A DNA stretch of 64,000 nt from a virus. The notes beneath the pieces were generated by a model. It was not told where the DNA came from. It worked only from the letters and a program-made list of their open reading frames with translations, and searched no databases. Of this stretch, positions 11,356 through 20,700 are shown one piece after another. Made by a program: the position numbers and the translations under genes. The stretch lies in IMG/VR virus record IMGVR_UViG_3300032307_000797; one strand, 5' to 3'. How positions within the stretch are numbered: the stretch's first letter is position 1; every line of letters starts with the position of its first letter.

Positions 11356-12729
11356 TTAACGGTTTAACAGTTCCTGTCTTTTCTTGAACATTTCTGCTGC
11401 CCTGTTTGAATTTGTTTTGACTTTTTCTTCTTGATGTCCAAGAAGTGTTGTTTGTGTTTCGGTATCGATAACTAAGAATTTGTTATCAAACTTACAGTTG
11501 TTCCAAATGATACCATCTTGACCAATACGTGATTTAAGTAAGGTCATTGTTGCTAAGTTGTGCTCTTTTTGTTCAAGAGTCTTACCAACAGATAAAACTA
11601 CGTGACCAATTTGTGCCTTTTTGATTGAGCCGCCCATTTGGTCAGTTGTAACAACCTCAGAAGAGATTGATTCTCTGTTACCCTGAGTTGCCGTCCAAAT
11701 GGCAATATCAAACTCACCCGTCATTGCTTCTAAACTTCTCATTACAGAACCTTCACCTTTCCACTCTTCACCGAAATTACTTCTTTCAGGTGAGATACAA
11801 TCAACGTAATCGATAACTAAAAGGTCAATCTTTTTACCGTCTGAAATGTGTTTTCTAATTCTTGATTTGATTTCAGAAATAGTAACAGAATCACTTGGTA
11901 ATTTAACAATGTTTAACGAACCCTCACTTGTTGTTTGGATTTCCTCAACCATTCTTTTAACCTCTTCTTTTCTATCGGGTTGTTCATCAGGTTCAATTCC
12001 TGTCCAAAGAGTGAAGTGTTTCTTTTTGATGTTTGACGGATTGTCTTCAAAAAAGATTTGAAGTACGTTGAAGTTACAGTTATAAGCGGTGTTAGAGAAT
12101 AAGGTTAACAAAGTTGTTTTACCTGTACCGGTTGGTGCAAGTACAACTCCGAGTTCTCCTCTACCTAAACCACCTTTTAGAACACTGTCAACACCATTAA
12201 TTCCCGTAGGAATAGCTTGACGATTGTCTTTTTCAAGTGCAGCATCAATATCGTGAAACACGTCCATTGATTCCTCGAGAGGAAGACCCACCTGTAACGC
12301 CTTCTGAATGATACCTTCAATTGTTGGGTACTCATGGAATGCACCGTTGTCAATAATAGAATTGATTTTTTTTAATTCTTTTCTGAGATTCTGTTGTTTA
12401 CAGAAATTCAACGCCTCATCTTTTACTAATGAAGGGTCTTGGGTGTTCTCTTTAATCGCTTCAAGTGTGTCCAAGTGGATTCTAGCACTATCCTGTGAAC
12501 CCATTTCCGAAGTAATTTTAAGTGCCAAACTATCGTAGTTCGGCACCTTAGAATACTTTTTATAATATTCTTTAATGTGTTCGGAGATGAACCTAAAAGA
12601 AACGTTATCAAAGTACTTGTTCTCGATTACATCAATGATTTGCTCACCGTATTTCTTGTCTTCAATAATTGCCTTCAATAGGGCTTGTTGGAATGATGTT
12701 CCGAGTGTTCCAAAGTTCTTTTCGCTCAT
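11356..12729 (-). CDS. Replicative DnaB-like helicase (T4 gp41-like)
   Basis: Walker A APTGTGKTT, Walker B LLVIDYVD, WTATQGNR, KSR motif. Confidence 0.9.
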   Translation of the reverse strand: MSEKNFGTLGTSFQQALLKAIIEDKKYGEQIIDVIENKYFDNVSFRFISEHIKEYYKKYSKVPNYDSLALKITSEMGSQDSARIHLDTLEAIKENTQDPSLVKDEALNFCKQQNLRKELKKINSIIDNGAFHEYPTIEGIIQKALQVGLPLEESMDVFHDIDAALEKDNRQAIPTGINGVDSVLKGGLGRGELGVVLAPTGTGKTTLLTLFSNTAYNCNFNVLQIFFEDNPSNIKKKHFTLWTGIEPDEQPDRKEEVKRMVEEIQTTSEGSLNIVKLPSDSVTISEIKSRIRKHISDGKKIDLLVIDYVDCISPERSNFGEEWKGEGSVMRSLEAMTGEFDIAIWTATQGNRESISSEVVTTDQMGGSIKKAQIGHVVLSVGKTLEQKEHNLATMTLLKSRIGQDGIIWNNCKFDNKFLVIDTETQTTLLGHQEEKVKTNSNRAAEMFKKRQELLNR

Positions 12730-12743
12730 TGTTTATTTTTTTC

Positions 12744-13187
12744 TTATAGTTGATATGTTAAGTAAGTTGTTTCCAATTCTCTTGAAGATAAAATGGTGGT
12801 TAAGTCCGCCAAGTATCTTTTCAGATGGGGACGAATGTCTACCGTGTATCTTACCTTTGGATGGAAAGTATACGCGGGAAACACTCTTTGAATAAATACA
12901 TCGTCCCCCATCTTAATTTCAAGCAAAAAGTTTTCTTTTTCCCCTTCTTCCAAGGGTTCTGCACTGTCCAAACCGTAAAAATATTCACGATTTTCGTAAA
13001 GATAATCCGAAGTTTTTATTTTCAAATCATCAAAAATTTCGCCACAAATTTCTTTTACATAATAATGTAAATCCATCGAGCGACGAGCTTTAGGGTTGTG
13101 TCCTTTAACGTTGAAATAACGCTGAACGACGATGTTTCCTTCAAGAGTTAAAAGGAATTCGAATTTAGTTAAATCTTGATTAGTCAT
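12744..13187 (-). CDS. Hypothetical protein in the replication operon (147 aa)
   Basis: Tightly packed between exonuclease and helicase, same strand, phage-like codon usage; no recognisable motif. Confidence 0.7.
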   Translation of the reverse strand: MTNQDLTKFEFLLTLEGNIVVQRYFNVKGHNPKARRSMDLHYYVKEICGEIFDDLKIKTSDYLYENREYFYGLDSAEPLEEGEKENFLLEIKMGDDVFIQRVFPAYTFHPKVRYTVDIRPHLKRYLADLTTILSSRELETTYLTYQL

Positions 13188-14202
13188 TGGTTTTAATTTT
13201 AATAATCTTTTTATTTTTTTCTTTTCTGGTTAATCTGAGGAATGGATTAAGGAAGTTAATCCAAGCATCATCTGATTTAGGGAGCAGAAGGAATATTCCA
13301 TCCTCCATCATCATCTTCATAGTATTCTTATATGACCGTCCTTCGGGGTCTAGGGGGTCGGTTATTAAAGAGTTTATTGACTCCTTCGCCTCGTCTGTTA
13401 AGAACGGGTCATCAAGACTTACAATTCTATTGTTTACATCGAAAAACTCCTCACCAAGAACTCCATATTTGGTCACTCCTGTGAGCAAATTGGTTACAAG
13501 ACGATTATCCTTATCTTCTTCAAAAAGGTCGTTAAAACGTCCTCTAATGAATTCTATGGTGAGTGGTTCGGTACGTAGTTCGGGTACCATTGTGAGTAAT
13601 CTTCTAACACCTAAGTTTTTAATACCTGCGATGTTGTCGGATGGGTCTCCACATAACATTTTGACCAATTTGATATTTTCGATTCTAATCTCTTCGTGGT
13701 CATAAACAAACATATCGTTGGGTTGATACAGTTTACTATGTGAAGGATTAAACAATTTGGTATTTTCAGATACGAGTTGGGTTAGGTCTCCGTCGGATGA
13801 ATAAATAATAATATTCTCCTTTTTTGAATTTTGACTATAATATGCAACAGCATCATCTGTTTCACAATAATCATATTCACCTTGTCTCACAAACAACTCC
13901 TCGAGATATTGTTTTACCCTGTTTCGTTGCTGTCCGTATGCGTGAACTTGTTCTTCGGTTCTAACCCGTTCTCTTCTATTTTCTTTGTATTGATGGTAAT
14001 ATCTCTTGCGAGATGATGAACCTTCTTTTCCATCCCAAAAAACAACTACTTTGTCTAATCTATGAGTCTCAATCGCTCTGCGTAGGGTATTGATAAAGTG
14101 GTATAACCCACCAATGTGATTACCCTTATGAAAGTGATTTTTGAGTCCAAAAAAACCGATGGTTAACAAGTTGTCACCATCGACCAATAAAACATTAGAC
14201 AT
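13180..14202 (-). CDS. 5'-3' exonuclease / flap endonuclease (PolI N-terminal, T4 RNase H-like)
   Basis: LLVDGDN, VFWDG, ETDD, SSDGDLTQL, GDPSDNIAGI helix-hairpin-helix motifs. Confidence 0.92.
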   Translation of the reverse strand: MSNVLLVDGDNLLTIGFFGLKNHFHKGNHIGGLYHFINTLRRAIETHRLDKVVVFWDGKEGSSSRKRYYHQYKENRRERVRTEEQVHAYGQQRNRVKQYLEELFVRQGEYDYCETDDAVAYYSQNSKKENIIIYSSDGDLTQLVSENTKLFNPSHSKLYQPNDMFVYDHEEIRIENIKLVKMLCGDPSDNIAGIKNLGVRRLLTMVPELRTEPLTIEFIRGRFNDLFEEDKDNRLVTNLLTGVTKYGVLGEEFFDVNNRIVSLDDPFLTDEAKESINSLITDPLDPEGRSYKNTMKMMMEDGIFLLLPKSDDAWINFLNPFLRLTRKEKNKKIIKIKTND

Positions 14203-14231
14203 TTCGTCTTTTACAATTATTCGTTAAACAA

Positions 14232-15263
14232 TCAATCTTCAGTATCCTCTTCTACTATCGGTTCAAATTTGATATCTGTTACACTTGATACCGTTTCACC
14301 GAATAGTTTACTAACATAATCAAGATGTTCTTTAATGTAAAGTTCTCTTGATGTTTTTTCTTCTGCCGACTCCTTTGCTTTCATGAACCCATGAGGAGTG
14401 ACCATAATCTTACCATCACCAAACTGAATACCGTTTACGTGATTCTTCATCACAGTAATCTTACTTCTTGTTGCGATAGTAATGGTTCTTTTGTTTCTTG
14501 TGATTGGAATTTTGGTTGTGCCAGCGTTTTTCTCATTACCAAAACGGAACACCAATGTTGAGTTCAACCAAACAGATTCTCCACCTTTAGCTTTGATTTT
14601 TGGTTGTTCGTATGGGTTACTTGGTAATTCAACCCATGGTTGGTTTACAATCACAAGTGTATTTGTGTGAGGTTTATCAGACCTTCTTGAACCTGAGATA
14701 CGTTGGTTGATACCCATACCAATTTTATCTGATAGAACAGATGCGTTGTGTTGTTTACCACCTTTACCTTCCCAAGTCATCTTACATGGAACTGAACCAA
14801 CAGAATCCCATAGGAACAATAAATCGTAAGGGATATCACCTTTTTCCTGAGCATCCATCATTTCATTGATGAAGTCGGTAATTTGTTCGATGTATTCAAA
14901 ATCATTTCTGAAAATGAAATTACCCGTAAATGTGATTTCACCTGTTGATGGGTCAACTTCTTCTTCTACGGGAATACCCATAATATTAGCGTGTTCAAAA
15001 TTGAACTTCTGTTCAGTAATGATGAACACGGGAAGAATGTCCTTTTTAATGGCATCAGCAGCAGCCGCTAACAATGCGGTAGTTTTACCCGTATCAGAGT
15101 GACCCAAGAACATATTGATATGTCCAAGAGCAGGACCCGGTAAACCCGTCGCATCCAAAAACGCATCACCTAAATCCAAAAACCTATCGGGTTTGTAGGT
15201 CATTTTACTTGAGTACTTGGATGTTATACTCGAAATTGAAAAATCTTTTTTCTTAATTGCCAT
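14232..15263 (-). CDS. RecA/UvsX-like recombinase
   Basis: Walker A GHSDTGKT, Walker B FLWDSVG, IVNQ, KGGE and KNH motifs; adjacent to SSB. Confidence 0.88.
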   Translation of the reverse strand: MAIKKKDFSISSITSKYSSKMTYKPDRFLDLGDAFLDATGLPGPALGHINMFLGHSDTGKTTALLAAAADAIKKDILPVFIITEQKFNFEHANIMGIPVEEEVDPSTGEITFTGNFIFRNDFEYIEQITDFINEMMDAQEKGDIPYDLLFLWDSVGSVPCKMTWEGKGGKQHNASVLSDKIGMGINQRISGSRRSDKPHTNTLVIVNQPWVELPSNPYEQPKIKAKGGESVWLNSTLVFRFGNEKNAGTTKIPITRNKRTITIATRSKITVMKNHVNGIQFGDGKIMVTPHGFMKAKESAEEKTSRELYIKEHLDYVSKLFGETVSSVTDIKFEPIVEEDTED

Positions 15264-15276
15264 ATTGATATTTTTT

Positions 15277-15325
15277 AAAAAGGAACACCCTCAAGGACAA
15301 AATGTCCAAGAGAGTGTCCTTGAGG
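15277..15325 (-). terminator. Structured intergenic element (terminator-like hairpin with an alternative fold) between SSB and UvsX
   Basis: Perfect 11-bp inverted repeat CCTCAAGGACA (15289-15299)/TGTCCTTGAGG (15315-15325), plus a competing long stem ending in a U tract on the minus strand. Confidence 0.55.
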
Positions 15326-15329
15326 TTTT

Positions 15330-16187
15330 TTAGAACGGTAAATCGTCGTCAGTGGCGTCTTCTGCCTGAGGGTCAACCACAGGAGTTGAAGGTGTAACAT
15401 TTACAGGAGGTGACATCAATGTGGTTTCTTCTTCTGAATTAGAAACCCATTTTTTATTTTCTGAATCCCATTTTGGAACTTCACCTTTAGCAATCATTTC
15501 CAAATACTCTTCAGGTTTCTTAGAGTAAACATCAGACCACGTCAATTCATCATTAACCCAAGTTTGTGCAACACTACTATCAGTATGTAGTGGTGAAGCA
15601 TCTTCAGGGATGATAGATGTGATTGTGGTGTACTCACGACCATTACCTGCTTTAGTTAAACCTAAAGTAATGATAAGGTCACGACCTGTGTTCATTTCAG
15701 TAATATCACCTTTGTTTTTGAATAGTGGGAAGATTTTATCGAGAACTCCCTCACCTTTACTGTTGTGTTTAAAACGCCAGAATTTAACACCATCCTGTTC
15801 GTTTTCTCTATCGATAACTTTTACAATGTAAAATTTACGAGCTCTGTACTGACGAGCAAGAACCTTATCGGATTCCAAACCTGTCATCTGAAGTGCATCA
15901 TATACCTCATTTAAAGGTGAACGCTTACCTTCTTGTTTAGGGTCGTAAAGTTTTACCCAATTTCCATCAACTTGTACTTCATGGAAATACGCCTCTTTAA
16001 AAGGAGAGGTACCATCTGTCGTAGGTAGGATACGAATACGTTTCTCACCACTACGAGCACCTTTCGGTAGAAGTGTAGTAAAATACTTCTTTAATCGGTC
16101 TTCTTGCGAAACCTTGTTAGCATTGTTGCCGCCAGCGGCTTGTTTGTTCTTTTCGTACTGTGCCAGTACTGCATCAAATGTGGACAT
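15330..16187 (-). CDS. Single-stranded DNA-binding protein (T4 gp32-like)
   Basis: IRILP, FYIVKVIDR, GVKFWRF, GRDL motifs and acidic C-terminus DDDLPF. Confidence 0.88.
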   Translation of the reverse strand: MSTFDAVLAQYEKNKQAAGGNNANKVSQEDRLKKYFTTLLPKGARSGEKRIRILPTTDGTSPFKEAYFHEVQVDGNWVKLYDPKQEGKRSPLNEVYDALQMTGLESDKVLARQYRARKFYIVKVIDRENEQDGVKFWRFKHNSKGEGVLDKIFPLFKNKGDITEMNTGRDLIITLGLTKAGNGREYTTITSIIPEDASPLHTDSSVAQTWVNDELTWSDVYSKKPEEYLEMIAKGEVPKWDSENKKWVSNSEEETTLMSPPVNVTPSTPVVDPQAEDATDDDLPF

Positions 16188-16224
16188 AAATCTTAATTTT
16201 AAGTTGTTATATATAAAGTATACG

Positions 16225-16252
16225 AAAAAAAAACCGGATTAAAAAATCCGGT
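16225..16252 (-). terminator. Rho-independent terminator upstream of the replication operon
   Basis: ACCGGATT-N4-AATCCGGT hairpin followed by a long T run on the minus strand; a TATACTTT host-type element follows (16215-16222). Confidence 0.75.
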
Positions 16253-16284
16253 CTTAAAGTTTTTCAAAAAAGTTTCGAGGAGTC

Positions 16285-16659
16285 TTACTCTAATGTTAAA
16301 AGATACAAAAGTTTATTCAATAAACCAAGCATCTCATCCTTTAAATTCAATAAATCAGTATCTCTCTTAGGGTCCAAATCTTCGGTAAACTCAATTATTG
16401 CATCAATACAAACCGAAACCATATCTTTTGGATTCATTTCGGATAAGTTTATAAGTTTTATATTATTAGTTTCATCATCCAATACAAACCTTCCATATTT
16501 ACCCATAGAAATCTCAACAAACTCGTCGATTAAATCTGAAAGTTCGTCGTGTGCCTTACCAAACGCTTTGTGTCGAGCAAGACCTTTAGTTTGCCAATGG
16601 TTGATTTTTAATTGTAATTGTAAACCTAATAAAAAATTTACTTTAGAAGCTAAATTCAT
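16285..16659 (-). CDS. Ferritin/Dps-like four-helix protein (DUF5856-like)
   Basis: HWQTKG-x3-HKAFG-x2-DELSDLIDEFVE resembles the Dps ferroxidase helix motif. Confidence 0.7.
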   Translation of the reverse strand: MNLASKVNFLLGLQLQLKINHWQTKGLARHKAFGKAHDELSDLIDEFVEISMGKYGRFVLDDETNNIKLINLSEMNPKDMVSVCIDAIIEFTEDLDPKRDTDLLNLKDEMLGLLNKLLYLLTLE

Positions 16660-17287
16660 CTTGTTCTTCGTCTTGTGGGTTGAATGTGTCTCTTATTGTT
16701 TCTTGTGAGTAGTTTTGAATATCGTCCTTAGTTAATACATACTCATTCTTACCACTCGCTCTCATCTCTCCTTGCTTTTGTGCAAAGAATTGTTGAGGGT
16801 TTTGGTTGAATGGGTATGAATCTAATGAACGCATCTGTAATCTTTCTTCAGGAGTTGGTTCTTTAACTTGTTCAATCTTACTACCTAACTCGTCGATTTT
16901 AGCCATTACCATATCCATGCTAGATAACTTCTGCTCCAAATCATTTAATTTGGTGAATACATCATCCATTTTAGTGATTACTCCCTGATGTTCACCCTTA
17001 GTGTCATCAAGGTCATTCTTAATAGATTTTGTCATGTTAACTAAATCGGTAATATCCAATTCTTCGACATCTGATTCCGCAGGTGCCGCTTCAGGTGCGG
17101 GTGCCCCCATTTCAGGTGCCCCTCCTTCAGGTGCTGGTGGTAATTCTCCTGCCGGTGGTTCAATACCAGGTTCAGCCGGAGCTTCGGGAGCCGGAGGTAA
17201 CTCTTGCTCGTTCATTAATTTTCTCGCGTACTTATTGATTTGGTTAAAACGAGCAACCTCTTCTAAGAGTTTCTTTTCCAATTCCAT
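16643..17287 (-). CDS. Acidic, Pro-rich coiled-coil protein; possible prohead core/internal protein
   Basis: N-terminal LLEEVARFNQI, P/A/E-rich linker, coiled coil; in a late-motif operon. Confidence 0.55.
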   Translation of the reverse strand: MELEKKLLEEVARFNQINKYARKLMNEQELPPAPEAPAEPGIEPPAGELPPAPEGGAPEMGAPAPEAAPAESDVEELDITDLVNMTKSIKNDLDDTKGEHQGVITKMDDVFTKLNDLEQKLSSMDMVMAKIDELGSKIEQVKEPTPEERLQMRSLDSYPFNQNPQQFFAQKQGEMRASGKNEYVLTKDDIQNYSQETIRDTFNPQDEEQDEFSF

Positions 17288-17291
17288 AGTT

Positions 17292-17495
17292 TTAATCTTG
17301 TAATAATTGTCTTCCGTCTTCGGTTATGAATTTTTTATTTATTCTTTCAACAATACCATCCTTACTTCTGATGATATAACATTCACCAGTACGTAAGTCA
17401 CACTCTTCTCTCTCCATACCATCGTTAGAAACGTTCTTTACGTTCTTCGGTGCCATGTAGTTGTTAAGTGCACTATTTAATTTTTCGTTATTCAT
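17292..17495 (-). CDS. Hypothetical protein (67 aa; start revised to ATG 17495)
   Basis: TATTTATA at 17508-17515 lies 12 nt upstream of MNNEKLNSAL; contains ECDLRTGECY. Confidence 0.65.
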   Translation of the reverse strand: MNNEKLNSALNNYMAPKNVKNVSNDGMEREECDLRTGECYIIRSKDGIVERINKKFITEDGRQLLQD

Positions 17496-17506
17496 AGTAT
17501 TTTCTT

Positions 17507-17704
17507 TTATAAATATCCAAGAAATGGTAAAATCCATGAAAAAACTACCGCTCTTATTAATAAATAACTAATACAGGAAATATTCAACTGCCACATAATC
17601 ATGGTGATTTCGTCAATAATACTTTCTATTGGGTGTTTCCTCACATAGAAGTATCTAAAAAGGACAACCCACATTAAAATGTTAAGAAATGCGGTTAATG
17701 TCAT
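17507..17704 (-). CDS. Small putative membrane protein with two hydrophobic segments
   Basis: ATGA overlap with the hub gene stop; hydrophobic stretches AFLNILMWVVLFRYF and ISCISYLLIRAVVFSWILPFLGYL. Confidence 0.45.
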   Translation of the reverse strand: MTLTAFLNILMWVVLFRYFYVRKHPIESIIDEITMIMWQLNISCISYLLIRAVVFSWILPFLGYL

Positions 17705-20700
17705 GACATCTTAAAGTATATCACTTCACCTTCGTGAATACCTAACTCTGACATTAATGCCGGTGACATACCCATTCCATATCCATCAACCTTCGGTCCC
17801 ACTGAAATCGGTCCCTGTACGGATAATGGTCCAAGATTACTATCTAATTGATAACTAGGACTTAGGGTCAATGTTTTACCGTTCTTTGGGTTTTTAAATT
17901 GAGTGGTTGCAGTTCTAATTTTAGATGCATTGGCTGTACTAAGTTGAAATCTAACATTATAGAACTTCATACTCGAACCACTAACATCTGACCATTTAAT
18001 ACCTTCTGCAACATTAAATGTGGTCCCACTCTCAATTGGGTATTTTTCTCCGCCCATCTTAACAACAATCGCTCTTAACCAAGTTTCACCATTATTATCA
18101 ATCTTTTGAATGGATGGTTCATTATTATATCCATTATACGGTACCCCAAACTCGGTGATACCAACTTTGGGTGATGATTTAGTAATGTCTTCTCCCGATA
18201 CGGTAACCGAACCCATATCCGTCGTATATGATACACCGTTGTAAACCACGGGTTTTTGTGTATCGGTTTTAGTTGATTCTTGTTGTTTCAATATCGATTT
18301 CGCTTTACTTGTTAACTTATCAAATAAAACTCGATAACTTGCTAAAAACGAATCTTTGGGGTCAGGTAATGAGGTGTATGGTATTCTTGTACCAACAAAT
18401 GTGGTGTTGATAACATTACTCTTAATCGAGTGACTTACCTCTGTAATCCAATAAGTCCCCTTAAACATTGGGATGTTTTTCAAATAGAAATACATTGTGG
18501 GTTGAATCATAACATTACCCATACAAGATACTTCACATCTATATGATGCTTGTTTGTAATAATCGAATAAACTTGTGTCTACGTTATACGCACCTGCACC
18601 AGATTCGGACCTCGCCAAGTTTTCCAATACCACAAATGATTCTGATGTATTCTTTAATGTTGATTGGTCAAGTTGTACTCCTTTAAAGATACCTTGATTT
18701 TGGTCACCAAAACTTACTTCAAATGCAACAACCTTATTTGATTTACTCAAATCATTCACTGAGAAACCTTCAAGTGACGTAATAACCAGAGGGTTATTAT
18801 TTACACTACCAATATAGAAACTATCATCAGCAAACTTATACTCCTTACTATTTGACATATCAGGACGTTTTGATGAATTACCCACTAACTGAATAATAAT
18901 CTTTGGTGACGATTCTTGGTAATCAACTTCGAGGAATGTTCCAAATAGGTTTTTAGCCACCGTTTTAGATGGTGCAATTTTACTCTTTGTTCTTAGATTG
19001 GTTCCGTAGAAATTTACATATGCCGGAAGTGCTCTCATATCGAGACCTGTACCCTGTATCAACATAGATATTGCACCGTAAAGATTCTGTTTTGCATTTT
19101 TTGGATTCAATAATGGTAGAATCTTATCTACGTTTAAATAAAATTTGTCACCAATATCTCGGTTCGCTTTATCTAAGAATAAAAACTCTTCAAGTAATAA
19201 TCGTTGTCCAATAGAATTTCCTGCAGTCCATTTATCATTGAATGACTTTAAGGTATTGTATACTTCCAATTTTGTTTGGTCGGTATTGTAACCTCTATAA
19301 AGTTTGATTTGTGAACTTTCGTTTTCTTGTTTTACACCTGTTTCTGAACTTATCTTTCTTAGTAGTTGTTCTAAGAAATATTTTAATCTTTGGTCAGAGC
19401 CCGCAGCATAGATTCCATTAGTATTACCTTGGAAAATTGATGTTCTAAGATATTCTCTAAATGCCGCTTTGGTATTTGTACCTCCCGCTTTTCTATAACC
19501 ACCATAAATTTGTGCCATTGGTCGGTATCTAATAATGTTCTCCTCATTAAGTTTAATGTCGTTAATCGAGAAGAAGTTTTGGTAGTAACCGTCGATATCT
19601 TCACCAATGTATAATTTAATTAAATCTAAATTAGTTGATGTTACATCCGATACACTAAACGGTAGTTCAGTAAATAATGAAACAGTAGATGGTAATCCCA
19701 TTCCATAGAATGTATATGGGTCAATCTCTTTTGGATTAGCTAAAGTAAATTTAATTAAGTTCTCACTGTTCAAAAGGTTTGATGTAACAACTTCTAATTT
19801 GGTTGTTTGTCTTGTTTTTAAAGTATTCAATAGTGTATCTGAACCAATAGAATCAGAAGTTTCTTTTCTAACGGTTGAGATATCTTTTAATAAATCTTGA
19901 AACTTCGGATAGTTTACGTTTTTAAATGTTTGATATGGTATTTCGGCATTACCTTTTTCAGATGCAAAGTCCAAGAACATTTCTTCAAATGTTTCCAATA
20001 TCTTAGGACTAAATGTTCCAATCAAATCAATTACTTTTCTATAATTTGTATCGATTGAATAAACGTTATCCGTTGTTGAACCCGAAACATAGTTTCTTGG
20101 GTACTCTGTATGTGATGCAAATGTTCTACCAGAAAACTCCGATGTTATACTTTCATCTTTCCATACACTTCTGAAATTATATTGTCTAGCAAAGTCAATT
20201 GTTTCAGTGTTTTTACTAACCAAATCGGAACTATTAAACCCGTTGGATGGTAATAACGTGTAATATAAATCTGTTGGAATGTATTGTGAATTATCTACGA
20301 ATACACTCCAATAGTTATTGTTTTTTACTTCTTTCTTGTGTACAATTTTATTTGATGTTGTTTCACCGCTATATGAAGTATTTCCCGACACAACAGTATA
20401 GTGGTTATATCCATTTACAATTTGATGATATAACGCTTGGTAGAATGGTGCAACACCAATATCAGTTGTATTTGTCACGGTTGATGAACCAATCGTAAAG
20501 TCAGTATATGTTGTTCCAGTAAATCCACCATCAAACAGGGTTGAACCTGTAATTGGTTGGGTAATATTGGTCGCGTCTAAGAATCCATCAAGAATATCAT
20601 CGCCTGTTGTTATCTGTTTTTTATAACGATGATAGATTGCTCCCCATTTTAACATAAGGTGATATGGAAGGAAATGTGTGGATGAAATCTCTCTAAATAA

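Noticed and set aside
13187-13705. 172-aa plus-strand ORF and similar antisense ORFs inside conserved genes
   Set aside because: Fully antisense to well-supported genes, with Ser/Leu/Ile-rich shadow composition and no motifs.
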